A DNA stretch of 38,128 nucleotides, from the NCBI GenBank assembly GCA_964431705.1, contig CAYSJY010000001.1, positions 1 to 38,128 on the forward strand. Direction: 5' to 3'. Under the pieces are notes generated by a model that saw only the letters and a program-made list of their open reading frames with translations, searched no databases and was not told the origin of the DNA. The translations under genes and the position numbers were made by a program. Below are positions 17,588 to 26,486 of this stretch, one piece after another. The stretch's first letter is position 1, and every line of letters starts with the position of its first letter. The stretch comes from an uncultured Muribaculaceae bacterium (GTDB lineage: Bacteria > Bacillota_I > Bacilli_A > RF39 > UBA660).

Positions 17588-18269
17588 TTTAAATCTAGAT
17601 AAGTATTTAAATATTACAAACAAAGAAAAAATAAAAAGAGGGTTAGAAAATTTTATACCGTTATATCCAATGTTAAGAGTAGAAAATAAAAAATTATATG
17701 TTGGTGTAATGATAACTGATGAAAAAGATAATGTTTGGAGTAAAGACGAACAAATCAAAGCTGAATATTGGGTTTTAATTGATATTGAAACTGATAAAAT
17801 ATTAGAATTTAATAAGACTGATGAAAAAGATTTTGTCTGTGGTAAATTAATTTTAAAAGATACCAAAAGTAAAGAGAAAGAAATGTCAAAATATACTGTG
17901 GAAAAAACTTTACAATATAAAGATTATTTGATTAATGACATTAAAAATGAAAAATTACCATTACAAAAAAAATTAGCGGACATATTAGGTGACAATATGA
18001 AAATAGATGGTGAGGAGGTAAATATAAATGATTATTTATTATCTAATTTGGAAGAAGATATTAAACAAAAGATAGATGATTTAGTTGATATATTAGTACA
18101 ATCAAAATATGGCTCTATAACATTTTATTATGATAATTTATTTACTCAAATTATTAATGAATATAAAAAAGATGGAACTATTAGTAATGATAAAATTAAG
18201 TTATGCATAGAAATTATGAATAACTATTATGATGGAGTAATTGCAATAGATAATTTCTTTAATATATAA
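17580..18269 (+). CDS. hypothetical soluble protein translationally coupled to the sigma factor
   Basis: 229 aa. The ATG overlaps the sigma stop by 8 nt. No TM segment and no recognisable anti-sigma zinc motif. Confidence 0.6.
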   Translation: MNNLNLDKYLNITNKEKIKRGLENFIPLYPMLRVENKKLYVGVMITDEKDNVWSKDEQIKAEYWVLIDIETDKILEFNKTDEKDFVCGKLILKDTKSKEKEMSKYTVEKTLQYKDYLINDIKNEKLPLQKKLADILGDNMKIDGEEVNINDYLLSNLEEDIKQKIDDLVDILVQSKYGSITFYYDNLFTQIINEYKKDGTISNDKIKLCIEIMNNYYDGVIAIDNFFNI

Positions 18270-18272
18270 GAA

Positions 18273-18306
18273 AACTAGACAATTTGGTTTGTCTAGTTAT
18301 TTTTAT
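18273..18306 (+). terminator. rho-independent terminator
   Basis: aactagacaa / ttgtctagtt 10-bp perfect stem, 6-nt loop, T-run. Confidence 0.8.
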
Positions 18307-18308
18307 AG

Positions 18309-18340
18309 TGGCAAAAGATGAGAGAATCGAACTTCCGACA
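18309..18340 (-). repeat. tRNA-Trp 3'-half-like fragment (T-arm plus 3' acceptor strand), possible att scar
   Basis: tggcaaaagatgagagaatcgaacttccgaca vs tggcaggggatgagagaatcgaactcccaaca at 22446-22477. 27 of 32 positions are identical, including a 17-nt perfect core, in the same orientation. There is no 5' half next to it. Confidence 0.7.
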
Positions 18341-18412
18341 TTCATGTTTAAAAGTAACGTTGTATAAAAAAATTAAATAATAATGTTATAATAAAATTGA
18401 AAGGTAATTATT

Positions 18413-18949
18413 ATGAGTAAATTATATATTGTACGTCATGGAAAAACTAACTGGAATGAAAAGGGTTTACTTCAAGGATCTAATGATATTCCTTTAAATG
18501 ATGAGGGAATAAAAGAGGCGGAAGAATTATCTTTAAAACTTGATTTAGACAATATAGATATATGCATTTCATCTCCCTTAGAAAGAGCTAAAAAAACAGC
18601 CAGTATTCTAACTCAAGGCAAGGTGAAAATAATTTATGATGATTTGCTTAAAGAAAGAGGCTTTGGTGATTATGAAGGTAAAAAAATTAATTTTGATTTA
18701 ATAGGAAAGCAATGGGATTATAAATTAAATGATTCTTTAAATAACATTGAAAGTATTCAAGATTGTCTAGCTAGAGCTAAAAAGTTTTTAGATAAAATAA
18801 AAAAAGAACTTCCTAATAAGAATATTTTAATAGTATCACACGGTGGCATAATTAAAGCCTTGCATTTTAATTTAGTTAGTTATGATGAAAATACTAACTT
18901 TTTATCTTTTAATCCAAAAAACACAATTTTATATGAATATTGGTTTTAA
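18413..18949 (+). CDS. histidine phosphatase family protein (phosphoglycerate-mutase-like)
   Basis: LYIVRHGKTNWN (RHG motif), SSPLERAKKTA, VSHGGIIKAL. Confidence 0.8.
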   Translation: MSKLYIVRHGKTNWNEKGLLQGSNDIPLNDEGIKEAEELSLKLDLDNIDICISSPLERAKKTASILTQGKVKIIYDDLLKERGFGDYEGKKINFDLIGKQWDYKLNDSLNNIESIQDCLARAKKFLDKIKKELPNKNILIVSHGGIIKALHFNLVSYDENTNFLSFNPKNTILYEYWF

Positions 18950-19061
18950 ATAAGAAGCAATTTTTTTGCCTCTTATTTTTAAAATAACACAAAAAAAACA
19001 TTTTTTTTACATAAAATACTCATGGCTTTTGCGTATATTATTTATTGAAAGGAAGAGATAT

Positions 19062-19757
19062 ATGGTTCAAAACAATTTTAGAAGAGTAGAAAAAAAGTAT
19101 TTATTAGATGAAAATACTTATCATAAATTAATGGATGTGATAGAACCCTACTTAGAACATGACGAGTATTTTAAGTCATCCATCTATAATATTTATTTTG
19201 ATACAAAAGATAATGATTTAATTATAAAGTCATTACAAAAGCCTACCTTTAAAGAAAAGGTAAGACTAAGAAGCTATGGCGTTCCAACTCTTGATGATAT
19301 GGTATTTTTTGAATTAAAGTACAAATATAAAGGCGTTATTGGAAAACGAAGAGTAAGAATGAAATTATCTGATTTTTATTTGTATTTAAATGGAAAATAT
19401 AAACCAAATAGTCAAATAATGAAAGAAATTGACTATGTTTTTAAGTATTATGATTTAAAACCTGCTATTTATATTGGATATGATAGATTAAGTTATAAAG
19501 GACTTAGCAAGGAGTATTTAAGGATAACTTTTGATAGCAATTTAAGAAGCAGAAGAGAAGATTTAAAATTAGAATCAAATAAAAAAGGAAAAAAATTATT
19601 TTCAGAGAATAAATATATTATGGAGATTAAAACGCTAGGTTCGATGCCAAAATGGTTAGTAGATGCATTATCAAAATTAAAAATATATCCTAGCTCTTTC
19701 TCTAAATATGGAGAAATATATAAACAAGAATTGAAGGAGATGAAAACTTTATGTTAG
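19062..19757 (+). CDS. VTC-domain (polyphosphate polymerase-like, CYTH-related) protein
   Basis: FRRVEKKYLL...SIYNIYFDT.D..LI......P.FKEKVRLRSY......VFFELKYKYKGVIGKRRV matches the bacterial VTC domain pattern. ATG at 19062 has a GAAAGGAAG RBS; the longer track start has none. Confidence 0.7.
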   Translation: MVQNNFRRVEKKYLLDENTYHKLMDVIEPYLEHDEYFKSSIYNIYFDTKDNDLIIKSLQKPTFKEKVRLRSYGVPTLDDMVFFELKYKYKGVIGKRRVRMKLSDFYLYLNGKYKPNSQIMKEIDYVFKYYDLKPAIYIGYDRLSYKGLSKEYLRITFDSNLRSRREDLKLESNKKGKKLFSENKYIMEIKTLGSMPKWLVDALSKLKIYPSSFSKYGEIYKQELKEMKTLC

Positions 19758-20422
19758 ATAGCATTTTTGATTCAAGTACAAGTGAAGTTGAATTGCTACC
19801 GATTTTAATAAGTGCTTTTGTAGCGATTATTTTAGGGTTGCTAATTGCATTAATTTATAAAAAAACGGGAAAATATACTAAAAACTTTTTAATAACCCTT
19901 TCAATATTACCGTTATTAGTTGAAATTGTAATTATTATGGTAAATGGTAATTTAGGAACGTCTGTTGCAATTGTAGGAGCTTTTAGTTTGGTAAGATTCA
20001 GAAGCATACCAGGAACAAGCAAGGAAATTTTAAGTGTGTTTTTTGCCATGAGTATTGGTTTAATATTAGGAATGGGATATGTTTTCTTTGCTGTTATCAT
20101 GACCATAATAATAGCAATATGTTTTCTTTTATTTCATAATGTTAAGTTATTTGATAAAAATAATTTAGAAAAACAACTACGTATTACTATGCCAGAAGAT
20201 TTAGATTATACAAGTGTGTTTAATGAAGTTTTTAATAAGTATTTAGATAATTATAAATTAATTCAAACAAAAACCATTAACATGGGCAGTTTATTTGATT
20301 TAAGTTATCGTGTTACATTAAAAAAAGACGTAAGTGAAAAAGATTTTATTGACGATTTAAGAATAAAAAATGGTAATTTAAGAATTATTTTAACTCATGA
20401 TTTAACGGAAAATGATTTATAG
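19751..20422 (+). CDS. DUF4956-family membrane protein
   Basis: 4-5 TM helices, including the family-typical GAFSLVRFRS...SKEILSVFFAMSIGLILGMG. Overlaps the VTC gene by 7 nt. Confidence 0.7.
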   Translation: MLDSIFDSSTSEVELLPILISAFVAIILGLLIALIYKKTGKYTKNFLITLSILPLLVEIVIIMVNGNLGTSVAIVGAFSLVRFRSIPGTSKEILSVFFAMSIGLILGMGYVFFAVIMTIIIAICFLLFHNVKLFDKNNLEKQLRITMPEDLDYTSVFNEVFNKYLDNYKLIQTKTINMGSLFDLSYRVTLKKDVSEKDFIDDLRIKNGNLRIILTHDLTENDL

Positions 20423-20432
20423 GGGGGAAAAT

Positions 20433-22118
20433 ATGAAAAAACTGTTAATAGCACTTTTTATCATTTTAGTAGTAGCATTATCAGTCTTTTTCTTTTTTAA
20501 AAAAGATGATTCTAGTGAAGATGACAGTCAAATAGATATTAACGTTAATATAGATGATGGTGATGAAGACATCAACTGGGATGACTATGAAACATATCAA
20601 ATTGAATTAGAAGAAAGTTTGGAAATAACTGATCCTGGTGTTTATGAGCTAAGTGGCTCATTAAAAGGAAACATTACCATAAACACAGATGATAATGTAA
20701 AATTAGTATTAAATAACGTTAGTATTACTAGTGATAATGGACCTGCGATATACGTAATTGATAGTAAAAACGTAGTGATTGAATTAAGTGATGGAACTTA
20801 TAATACCCTAACAGATAATGAGTCTTACACTTCATATGATGAGGATGTGAATGGTGTTATTTATAGTGAATGCGACTTAATTTTACAGGGAAGTGGCACT
20901 TTATACGTCAATGCTTTATATGAAGATGGAATCGTAGGTAAGGATGATTTAAAAATTATTGATGGCACGTATGTTATCGAAAGTGTTGATGATGCGATAA
21001 GAGGTAGAGATTCCATCTATATTATAAATGGAGATTTTACGATTGAAAGCGGTGGTGATGGACTTAAAAGTACCAAAGATACCGATGATGAAAAGGGCTT
21101 TATTTTAATCGAAAATGGAACATTTAACATTAATGCTGAACTAGATGGTATTCAAGCTGAAATGAAGTTAATTATTTATGATGGAGAATTTAATATAACA
21201 ACCGGTGGTGGAAGTAGTAATGCAAGTACGAATGATACTTGGGGGACTTGGAATTCTCACTCATCTTCTAGTACGACTAACAATTCAGCAAAAGGTTTAA
21301 AAGCAGGTAGTAACCTAGTAATTTATGATGGGGACTTTAACATTAATTCATCAGATGATTCCATTCATTCTAACGGAAGTATTAAATTAGCAAATGGAAA
21401 TTATACAATATCAAGTGGTGATGATGGAGTTCATGCCGATGAGACTTTAATAATCAATAATGGAACGTATGATATTAATCAAAGCTATGAGGGATTAGAA
21501 GCAAGTGTTATTACCATTAATAATGGAACCATTAATATTACAAGTAGTGATGATGGAATAAATGTTGCTGGAGGTAATGATTCATCTAGTATGGATAGAC
21601 CTGGCGCTAATAATTTTTCATCTAATTCTGATCAAACATTGACTATTAATGCTGGAACAATAACGATTGATGCATCAGGAGATGGAATTGACGTAAATGG
21701 TAATGCCTATATTAACGGTGGAAGTATTACGGTTTATGGACCAACATCCGGTGGTGATGGCGCGTTAGACTATGATGGAGAATTCGTAATATCCGGTGGT
21801 ACTTTAATAGCTTTCGGATCTGGTAGTATGGAGGAAAACGTAAGTAGTACATCTTCTCAAGTAGGTGTTATAATTTATCTTGGTAGTAATTATAGTTCTA
21901 GTGATAAGATAAGTATTCAAGATAGTGATGGAAACGAAATACTTTCTACATCTGGTAAAAAGCAATATTCTTCAGTAGTTATCTCATGTTCTAGCTTTGA
22001 ACTTAATAAAAAATATAGTATTTATGTAAATGATAGTTTATATACAACTTTCACTCCAACTTCTACGGCTTACCAAGTTGGAACAAGTAATATGGGTAAT
22101 ATGAGAGGTATTAGGTAA
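20433..22118 (+). CDS. membrane-anchored/secreted parallel beta-helix-like repeat protein (the carbohydrate-binding-domain protein usually found with VTC/DUF4956 genes)
   Basis: N-terminal signal-anchor MKKLLIALFIILVVALSVFFFF. About 10 degenerate repeats carry the [SG]-[DG]-D-[GSA]-[IL]-x motif (VDDAIRG, GGDGLKS, ELDGIQA, SDDSIHS, GDDGVHA, SDDGINV, SGDGIDV) spaced about 25-40 aa apart. GGGGGA RBS before the ATG at 20433. Confidence 0.65.
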   Translation: MKKLLIALFIILVVALSVFFFFKKDDSSEDDSQIDINVNIDDGDEDINWDDYETYQIELEESLEITDPGVYELSGSLKGNITINTDDNVKLVLNNVSITSDNGPAIYVIDSKNVVIELSDGTYNTLTDNESYTSYDEDVNGVIYSECDLILQGSGTLYVNALYEDGIVGKDDLKIIDGTYVIESVDDAIRGRDSIYIINGDFTIESGGDGLKSTKDTDDEKGFILIENGTFNINAELDGIQAEMKLIIYDGEFNITTGGGSSNASTNDTWGTWNSHSSSSTTNNSAKGLKAGSNLVIYDGDFNINSSDDSIHSNGSIKLANGNYTISSGDDGVHADETLIINNGTYDINQSYEGLEASVITINNGTINITSSDDGINVAGGNDSSSMDRPGANNFSSNSDQTLTINAGTITIDASGDGIDVNGNAYINGGSITVYGPTSGGDGALDYDGEFVISGGTLIAFGSGSMEENVSSTSSQVGVIIYLGSNYSSSDKISIQDSDGNEILSTSGKKQYSSVVISCSSFELNKKYSIYVNDSLYTTFTPTSTAYQVGTSNMGNMRGIR

Positions 22119-22149
22119 GAATACATAAAATTACTTATATAAATAATAA

Positions 22150-22186
22150 AAGTAAGATAAATCGATTATATTTATCTTACTTTTTT
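22150..22186 (+). terminator. rho-independent terminator
   Basis: aagtaagataaat / atttatcttactt 13-bp perfect stem followed by TTTT. Confidence 0.85.
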
Positions 22187-22407
22187 AATTAACGGTGGAT
22201 AATCATTAAAGGATAGTAAAGGATTTTTAAAAGTTAACGTAAATATTATGATAGTAAAAATTATTATACCGATAGTACTTTCAATAATAAGTAACATAAT
22301 AATCTAATCATATAAATTTTATAATTTAGTTAGCTTTTATTATCAATCTTTTAAAAATAAAACCTAAGTAAATAAATTTCTCTAGTTAAAAGTCATATTT
22401 GTATGTA

Positions 22408-22434
22408 AACAAAAAAACAGCAACACTGCTGTTT
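22408..22434 (-). terminator. terminator downstream of tRNA-Trp
   Basis: On the minus strand, aaacagca-gtgt-tgctgttt followed by T7, 11 nt after the tRNA CCA end. Confidence 0.75.
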
Positions 22435-22445
22435 AAAATTCTAAA

Positions 22446-22519
22446 TGGCAGGGGATGAGAGAATCGAACTCCCAACAGTGGTTTTGGAGACCATTATTAT
22501 ACCATTTAACTAATCCCCT
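22446..22519 (-). tRNA. trnW: tRNA-Trp (anticodon CCA), CCA-encoded
   Basis: The 74-nt reverse complement AGGGGAT-TA-GTTA...TAAT-A-ATGGT-CTCCAAA-ACCAC...GGGAGTTCGATTCTCTC-ATCCCCT-G-CCA folds as a cloverleaf. 7-bp acceptor stem, GTTCGATTC T-loop, anticodon loop CU-CCA-AA. Confidence 0.92.
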
Positions 22520-22628
22520 AGTAAGAGTAGGCAAGTAAATTATAACATAAAACACTTTGAATTATCAATATATACTTTGAAAAAATACTATTTAATGATA
22601 TTATCTTAATATAGTAGTAGGAGTGTTT

Positions 22629-23162
22629 ATGAAAAAAGTAGTAAAAAGAAAATGGTCTTCCAAAACCCTTAGTAAATTATTAATGATATTTTTTATAGGA
22701 TGCTTGGTAGGATGGATATATGAAGAAATATTTTATTATGTAACTGATAGAATAATAGAAAATCGAGGATTTTTATATGGGCCTTATTTACCAGTATATG
22801 GATTAGGTGCTATCTTAATTTATTTATTGTTAAATAGATTTAAAAAACAACCTTTATTAATATTTTTGTTTTCTTTTATCATTACTGGTATAGTTGAATA
22901 TTTTACTGGTTTTTGGATGTTAAAAGTATATAACAGGCGCTGGTGGGATTATACTGGCTTATTTTTAAATATTGATGGTCACGTATGTTTTAGGTCTTTA
23001 TTAAGTTTTTCAGTAGGTGCTTTAATTCTTATTTATAAGGTAGTTCCTTTAGTGGACAATATCATTAAAAAACTAGGGGATAAAAAAAGTTTAATATTTA
23101 GCATTATTGCGTTAACCATAATGACGTTTGATTTAATTTTAACATTACTTATTAGATACTAA
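22629..23162 (+). CDS. multi-pass membrane protein, CmpB-like 'putative ABC-transporter type IV' family (PF06541-like)
   Basis: GWIYEEIFYYV, GFLYGPYLPVYGLGAIL, EYFTG, RWWDY blocks. ATG at 22629 follows GGAG. Confidence 0.6.
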   Translation: MKKVVKRKWSSKTLSKLLMIFFIGCLVGWIYEEIFYYVTDRIIENRGFLYGPYLPVYGLGAILIYLLLNRFKKQPLLIFLFSFIITGIVEYFTGFWMLKVYNRRWWDYTGLFLNIDGHVCFRSLLSFSVGALILIYKVVPLVDNIIKKLGDKKSLIFSIIALTIMTFDLILTLLIRY

Positions 23163-23350
23163 TTTATATAAAACTTAAAAACGTTTTTACTTCATTATTT
23201 TAGTTATTAATGAAAGATGATGCACATGGATACAATACGCTTAATATTATTTATGCATCTTTATAAATACGGTGTAAAGTTTATTAAAAAAATATAATAA
23301 TAGATAAAATTTTTATAATAATTTGTTAAAATTAAAATAGGGTGATTAGC

Positions 23351-24076
23351 ATGGAGAATTTTATTTTAAACTTTGGTAAATCAGAAATATTAATTTTACT
23401 TGCTATGTTACCTTCTTTTATAATTGGTTTTATAATTTATAAAAAAGATGTTATAGAAAAAGAACCAGTTTTACTACTTTTAAAATTATTTTTATTTGGA
23501 GTATTAGCAACTGGGGTTGCACTGTTTTTTGAAATATATTTACAAAAGATTTTTTTGTTTGATAACTATTTTTTTAACATATTTTTTAAATCATTTTTTA
23601 TAATAGGGTTGTGTGAGGAACTTATAAAATGGCTTTTTACATACGTTATAACATGGAAAGAAAAAAACTTTAATTATACTTATGATGCTATTGTTTATTC
23701 TGTTTTTATTGCACTTGGTTTTGCTACTATTGAAAACATTATGGTTATATCATTTAATGATTCTAGTGTGATTGTTTCTTTATTAAGAGGAATAATTACC
23801 GTTCCTGCTCATGCTTTTTTTGCAATAACTTCTGGATATTATTTAGGTCTTTCAAAGAAATACTTAACTAGAGGTTGGATTAAAAGATACCGAAAAAACA
23901 AAGCATTAAGTTTATTGTTGCCTGTTTTTTTTCATGGGTTATTTGATTTTTTATTACTTGCTGATAATGTGATATCACTTGTTTTCATTGTAATTTTTAT
24001 TATATACTTATATTTTTCTTCGTATTTAAAAATAACACGTGCTTCAAAACAAAGTAAAAAAATAACGGAAAAGTAA
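23351..24076 (+). CDS. prsW: PrsW-family intramembrane metalloprotease
   Basis: Motifs EELIKW, GFATIEN, HAFFAITSGYY and HGLFDF in the expected order across about 8 TM helices. Confidence 0.78.
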   Translation: MENFILNFGKSEILILLAMLPSFIIGFIIYKKDVIEKEPVLLLLKLFLFGVLATGVALFFEIYLQKIFLFDNYFFNIFFKSFFIIGLCEELIKWLFTYVITWKEKNFNYTYDAIVYSVFIALGFATIENIMVISFNDSSVIVSLLRGIITVPAHAFFAITSGYYLGLSKKYLTRGWIKRYRKNKALSLLLPVFFHGLFDFLLLADNVISLVFIVIFIIYLYFSSYLKITRASKQSKKITEK

Positions 24077-24090
24077 ATTTTTCGTTATTT

Positions 24091-24795
24091 TTATTCTTCA
24101 TCAGAATCTTCATTATCACTTTTAGTTTCTTTTACATGTTCCCAAGTTATGTTTATAACACCAGGATCAGAACTTATTTTATTTATTAACATTTCTACTT
24201 TACTTGGGGTAGATGTTACCATGATTGCTTTAAGTTTTATCTTGTTATCAGTTATCGTACTTCTTTCAAAACTTGTAAGTACTAAATCATTGCTGTCTAC
24301 CGTTTTAGCAAAGTTTTCTCTTACTTTTTCTTCTTTTTCTCTTTTACAACATATTCTTATGGTATATCTTTCTTTCGCACTTTGTTTTACTTTATTCATA
24401 ATATATTGTGAGATAAGTCTTAGTATTATGTTTGAAAGTAAAACAAATATAGTGCCTAGTGTTGCTTCAATAACTAACCCTGATGCACAAAGCGTTCCAA
24501 TCGCTGCAACACACCATAAAGTAGCCGCAGTGTTAAGCCCTTTTACTTTATTTCCGTCTCTTAATATTACTCCTGCGCCTAAAAAACCTATTCCAGATAC
24601 TACTTGGGCAGCTATTCTGGTTTTATCACTTACGTCTGTTCCATATGATAAGTAAACGAATAAAAACGCCCCAATACATACTAAAACGTTAGTTCTTAAA
24701 CCTACCATTCGGTGCCTTAACTGACGCTCAAGTCCTATTAAAATACTTAGGATAAAACATATACAAAGCCTTATTATAAAAGTTGTAAGATCCAT
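24091..24795 (-). CDS. mgtC: MgtC/SapB family membrane protein
   Basis: GLERQLRHRMVGLRTNVLVCIGA, VSGIGFLGAGVI, GLNTAATLW blocks, plus a soluble ACT-like C-domain. ATG at 24795 has AAAGGA 8 nt upstream. Confidence 0.85.
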   Translation of the reverse strand: MDLTTFIIRLCICFILSILIGLERQLRHRMVGLRTNVLVCIGAFLFVYLSYGTDVSDKTRIAAQVVSGIGFLGAGVILRDGNKVKGLNTAATLWCVAAIGTLCASGLVIEATLGTIFVLLSNIILRLISQYIMNKVKQSAKERYTIRICCKREKEEKVRENFAKTVDSNDLVLTSFERSTITDNKIKLKAIMVTSTPSKVEMLINKISSDPGVINITWEHVKETKSDNEDSDEE

Positions 24796-24869
24796 AAAAA
24801 TCATCCTTTCTAGTAGAAACTAATTATATCATATGTTATAATTTATGTACAAGGTTTGGAGATGTTAAA

Positions 24870-25895
24870 ATGAATAAAAATTTGTTTTTAGAATGTAAAG
24901 ATAAAATAGAACAAAAAGTAAATGAAATATTTGATAAAGAAATAGAAAAGTATAATAATAATGAATTTATAAAAGAATCAATTGAAGAACTTAAAAGACT
25001 ATCATCGTCTGGAAAAAGAGTGCGTGGGTATTTAATTAAGTTAGGTGCTATGTTATTTGGCAAAGATGATGATGCTTTCGTTGATTTAGCCGCCGCCATA
25101 GAAATATTTCAAACGGCAATATTAATTCATGATGATATTATAGATGAGGCTACAAAAAGACGTGGTATGCAAACAATTAACAGTAAGTATCCAGGACACA
25201 TTGGTATTTCTAAAGCAATATGCATAGGAGATTTAGGTTTTTTCATATCATACAGAATAATTAATAACGCAAACATAAGTAAAGAATTAAAAGAAGAAAT
25301 AGTAAAGATTTATTCTAAAACTCTTCATAACACGGTTAATGGTGAAATAGTAGACGTAGAATTACCACTAAAACCATTAGATTACCATAAGTGTATGAGT
25401 GAAAAGATAATATATGACATATACGTTAACAAAACGGCTTGGTATACGATAATAGGGCCTGTTTTGATTGGCGCGGCAAGTGCTGGAGTAAAAGAAGAAG
25501 ATAAACAAAAATTAATAGAAGCCGGGACTAATTTAGGAATTGCCTTCCAAATAAAAGATGACTTGTTAGGTATTTATTCAGACACTAATAAAATGGGTAA
25601 AACGTTAAATGACATCAAAGAAGGAAAACAAACGATTATTTATAAATACGCAATCGATCATGCAAATACTGATGAGTTAAAGATAATAGAAAAATATTAT
25701 GGGAATCCTTTGGTTACTAATAAAGAAAGCATAGAAATTGCTGAGTTATTTGAAAAACTTGGCGCAAAGAAAAACGCTTGTGATTTAGCAGAAGAGTATA
25801 CCAACAAAGGAATAGGTGTTATAAATAAAATGGACGTTCAAAATAAGGATCTTTTTATAGCGTTTGCAAATTATTTGTTAAATAGGGAAAATTAA
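24870..25895 (+). CDS. polyprenyl diphosphate synthase (trans-isoprenyl diphosphate synthase family)
   Basis: First Asp-rich motif LIHDDIIDE plus RRG, second Asp-rich motif FQIKDDLLG, and downstream GKT..DI.EGK. Confidence 0.87.
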   Translation: MNKNLFLECKDKIEQKVNEIFDKEIEKYNNNEFIKESIEELKRLSSSGKRVRGYLIKLGAMLFGKDDDAFVDLAAAIEIFQTAILIHDDIIDEATKRRGMQTINSKYPGHIGISKAICIGDLGFFISYRIINNANISKELKEEIVKIYSKTLHNTVNGEIVDVELPLKPLDYHKCMSEKIIYDIYVNKTAWYTIIGPVLIGAASAGVKEEDKQKLIEAGTNLGIAFQIKDDLLGIYSDTNKMGKTLNDIKEGKQTIIYKYAIDHANTDELKIIEKYYGNPLVTNKESIEIAELFEKLGAKKNACDLAEEYTNKGIGVINKMDVQNKDLFIAFANYLLNREN

Positions 25896-25899
25896 AAAA

Positions 25900-26376
25900 T
25901 TATCGGAAGATTGATAATTTTTTTTCTTTTTTCTTTTCTGGTTCTGGCTTTCTGTTTTTTTCGTAGTTATCTATTTTTTCAATTAGCATTTGAAGTTGAA
26001 GCAAATTTTTTCTTATTGTGTTTGCTTCTTCATCGGTTGTTTTGATTATAAAAAATGTAAATTTTTTATATGTCCTAGGTGGTGTACCAATCACGTTTTT
26101 GAAAGTTTCTGAAAAATACTCTAAAGAATTAAAACCATTATTTAAAGCAACTGTTAAAAAAGAATCATTCGTGTTTTTAATTTGCATTAGGGTATCATAA
26201 ATTCTTTTTTTATTAATGTATTCATTTATTGAAATACCCAATTCTTTTTTAAAAAGCTTCATTATGTAAAAACGATTAAAATAAAAATCATCAGCGATGT
26301 TTTGGATGTTTATTTTATTTTTTATGTTTTGATTTATATAATTTATAATATCGCATACAAGGCCATTAGAGTACAT
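25900..26376 (-). CDS. AraC-family HTH protein (DNA-binding domain only, with Lys/Glu-rich tail)
   Basis: I.NIADDFYFNRFYIMKLFKKELGISINEYINKKRI......I......S...VALNNGFNSLEYFSETFKNVIGTPPRTYKK is the tandem AraC HTH. No ligand-binding domain is present. Confidence 0.75.
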   Translation of the reverse strand: MYSNGLVCDIINYINQNIKNKINIQNIADDFYFNRFYIMKLFKKELGISINEYINKKRIYDTLMQIKNTNDSFLTVALNNGFNSLEYFSETFKNVIGTPPRTYKKFTFFIIKTTDEEANTIRKNLLQLQMLIEKIDNYEKNRKPEPEKKKEKKLSIFR

Positions 26377-26486
26377 ATAAAAGTTCCTTTCAATAATTAT
26401 TTTATCATTTTTCTTATAAAAATACCACTATTGTTTAAATTTATTTATAAAATAATGTTAGATTATTAGTGAAAGGAGGAAAAAAT

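Noticed and set aside
18341-22445. An active genomic island or prophage at tRNA-Trp
   Set aside because: There is no integrase, excisionase or phage gene between the repeats, and the repeat copy has diverged (5 mismatches in 32 nt). At most it is an old scar.
24149-24655. 168-aa ORF antisense to mgtC, and similar antisense track ORFs (285-581, 4068-4274, 6548-6841, 6872-7174, 7601-7879, 9297-9512, 11050-11262, 11427-11654, 12169-12357, 12541-12894, 17543-17866, 19855-20106, 24836-25099, 26018-26200, 28612-28848, 30882-31094, 31049-31450, 31706-31939, 32102-32317, 32336-32533, 33860-34072, 34888-35088, 36146-36364, 37923-38117)
   Set aside because: These are shadow ORFs on the opposite strand of genes with clear family signatures. 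They have low-complexity translations and no RBS.
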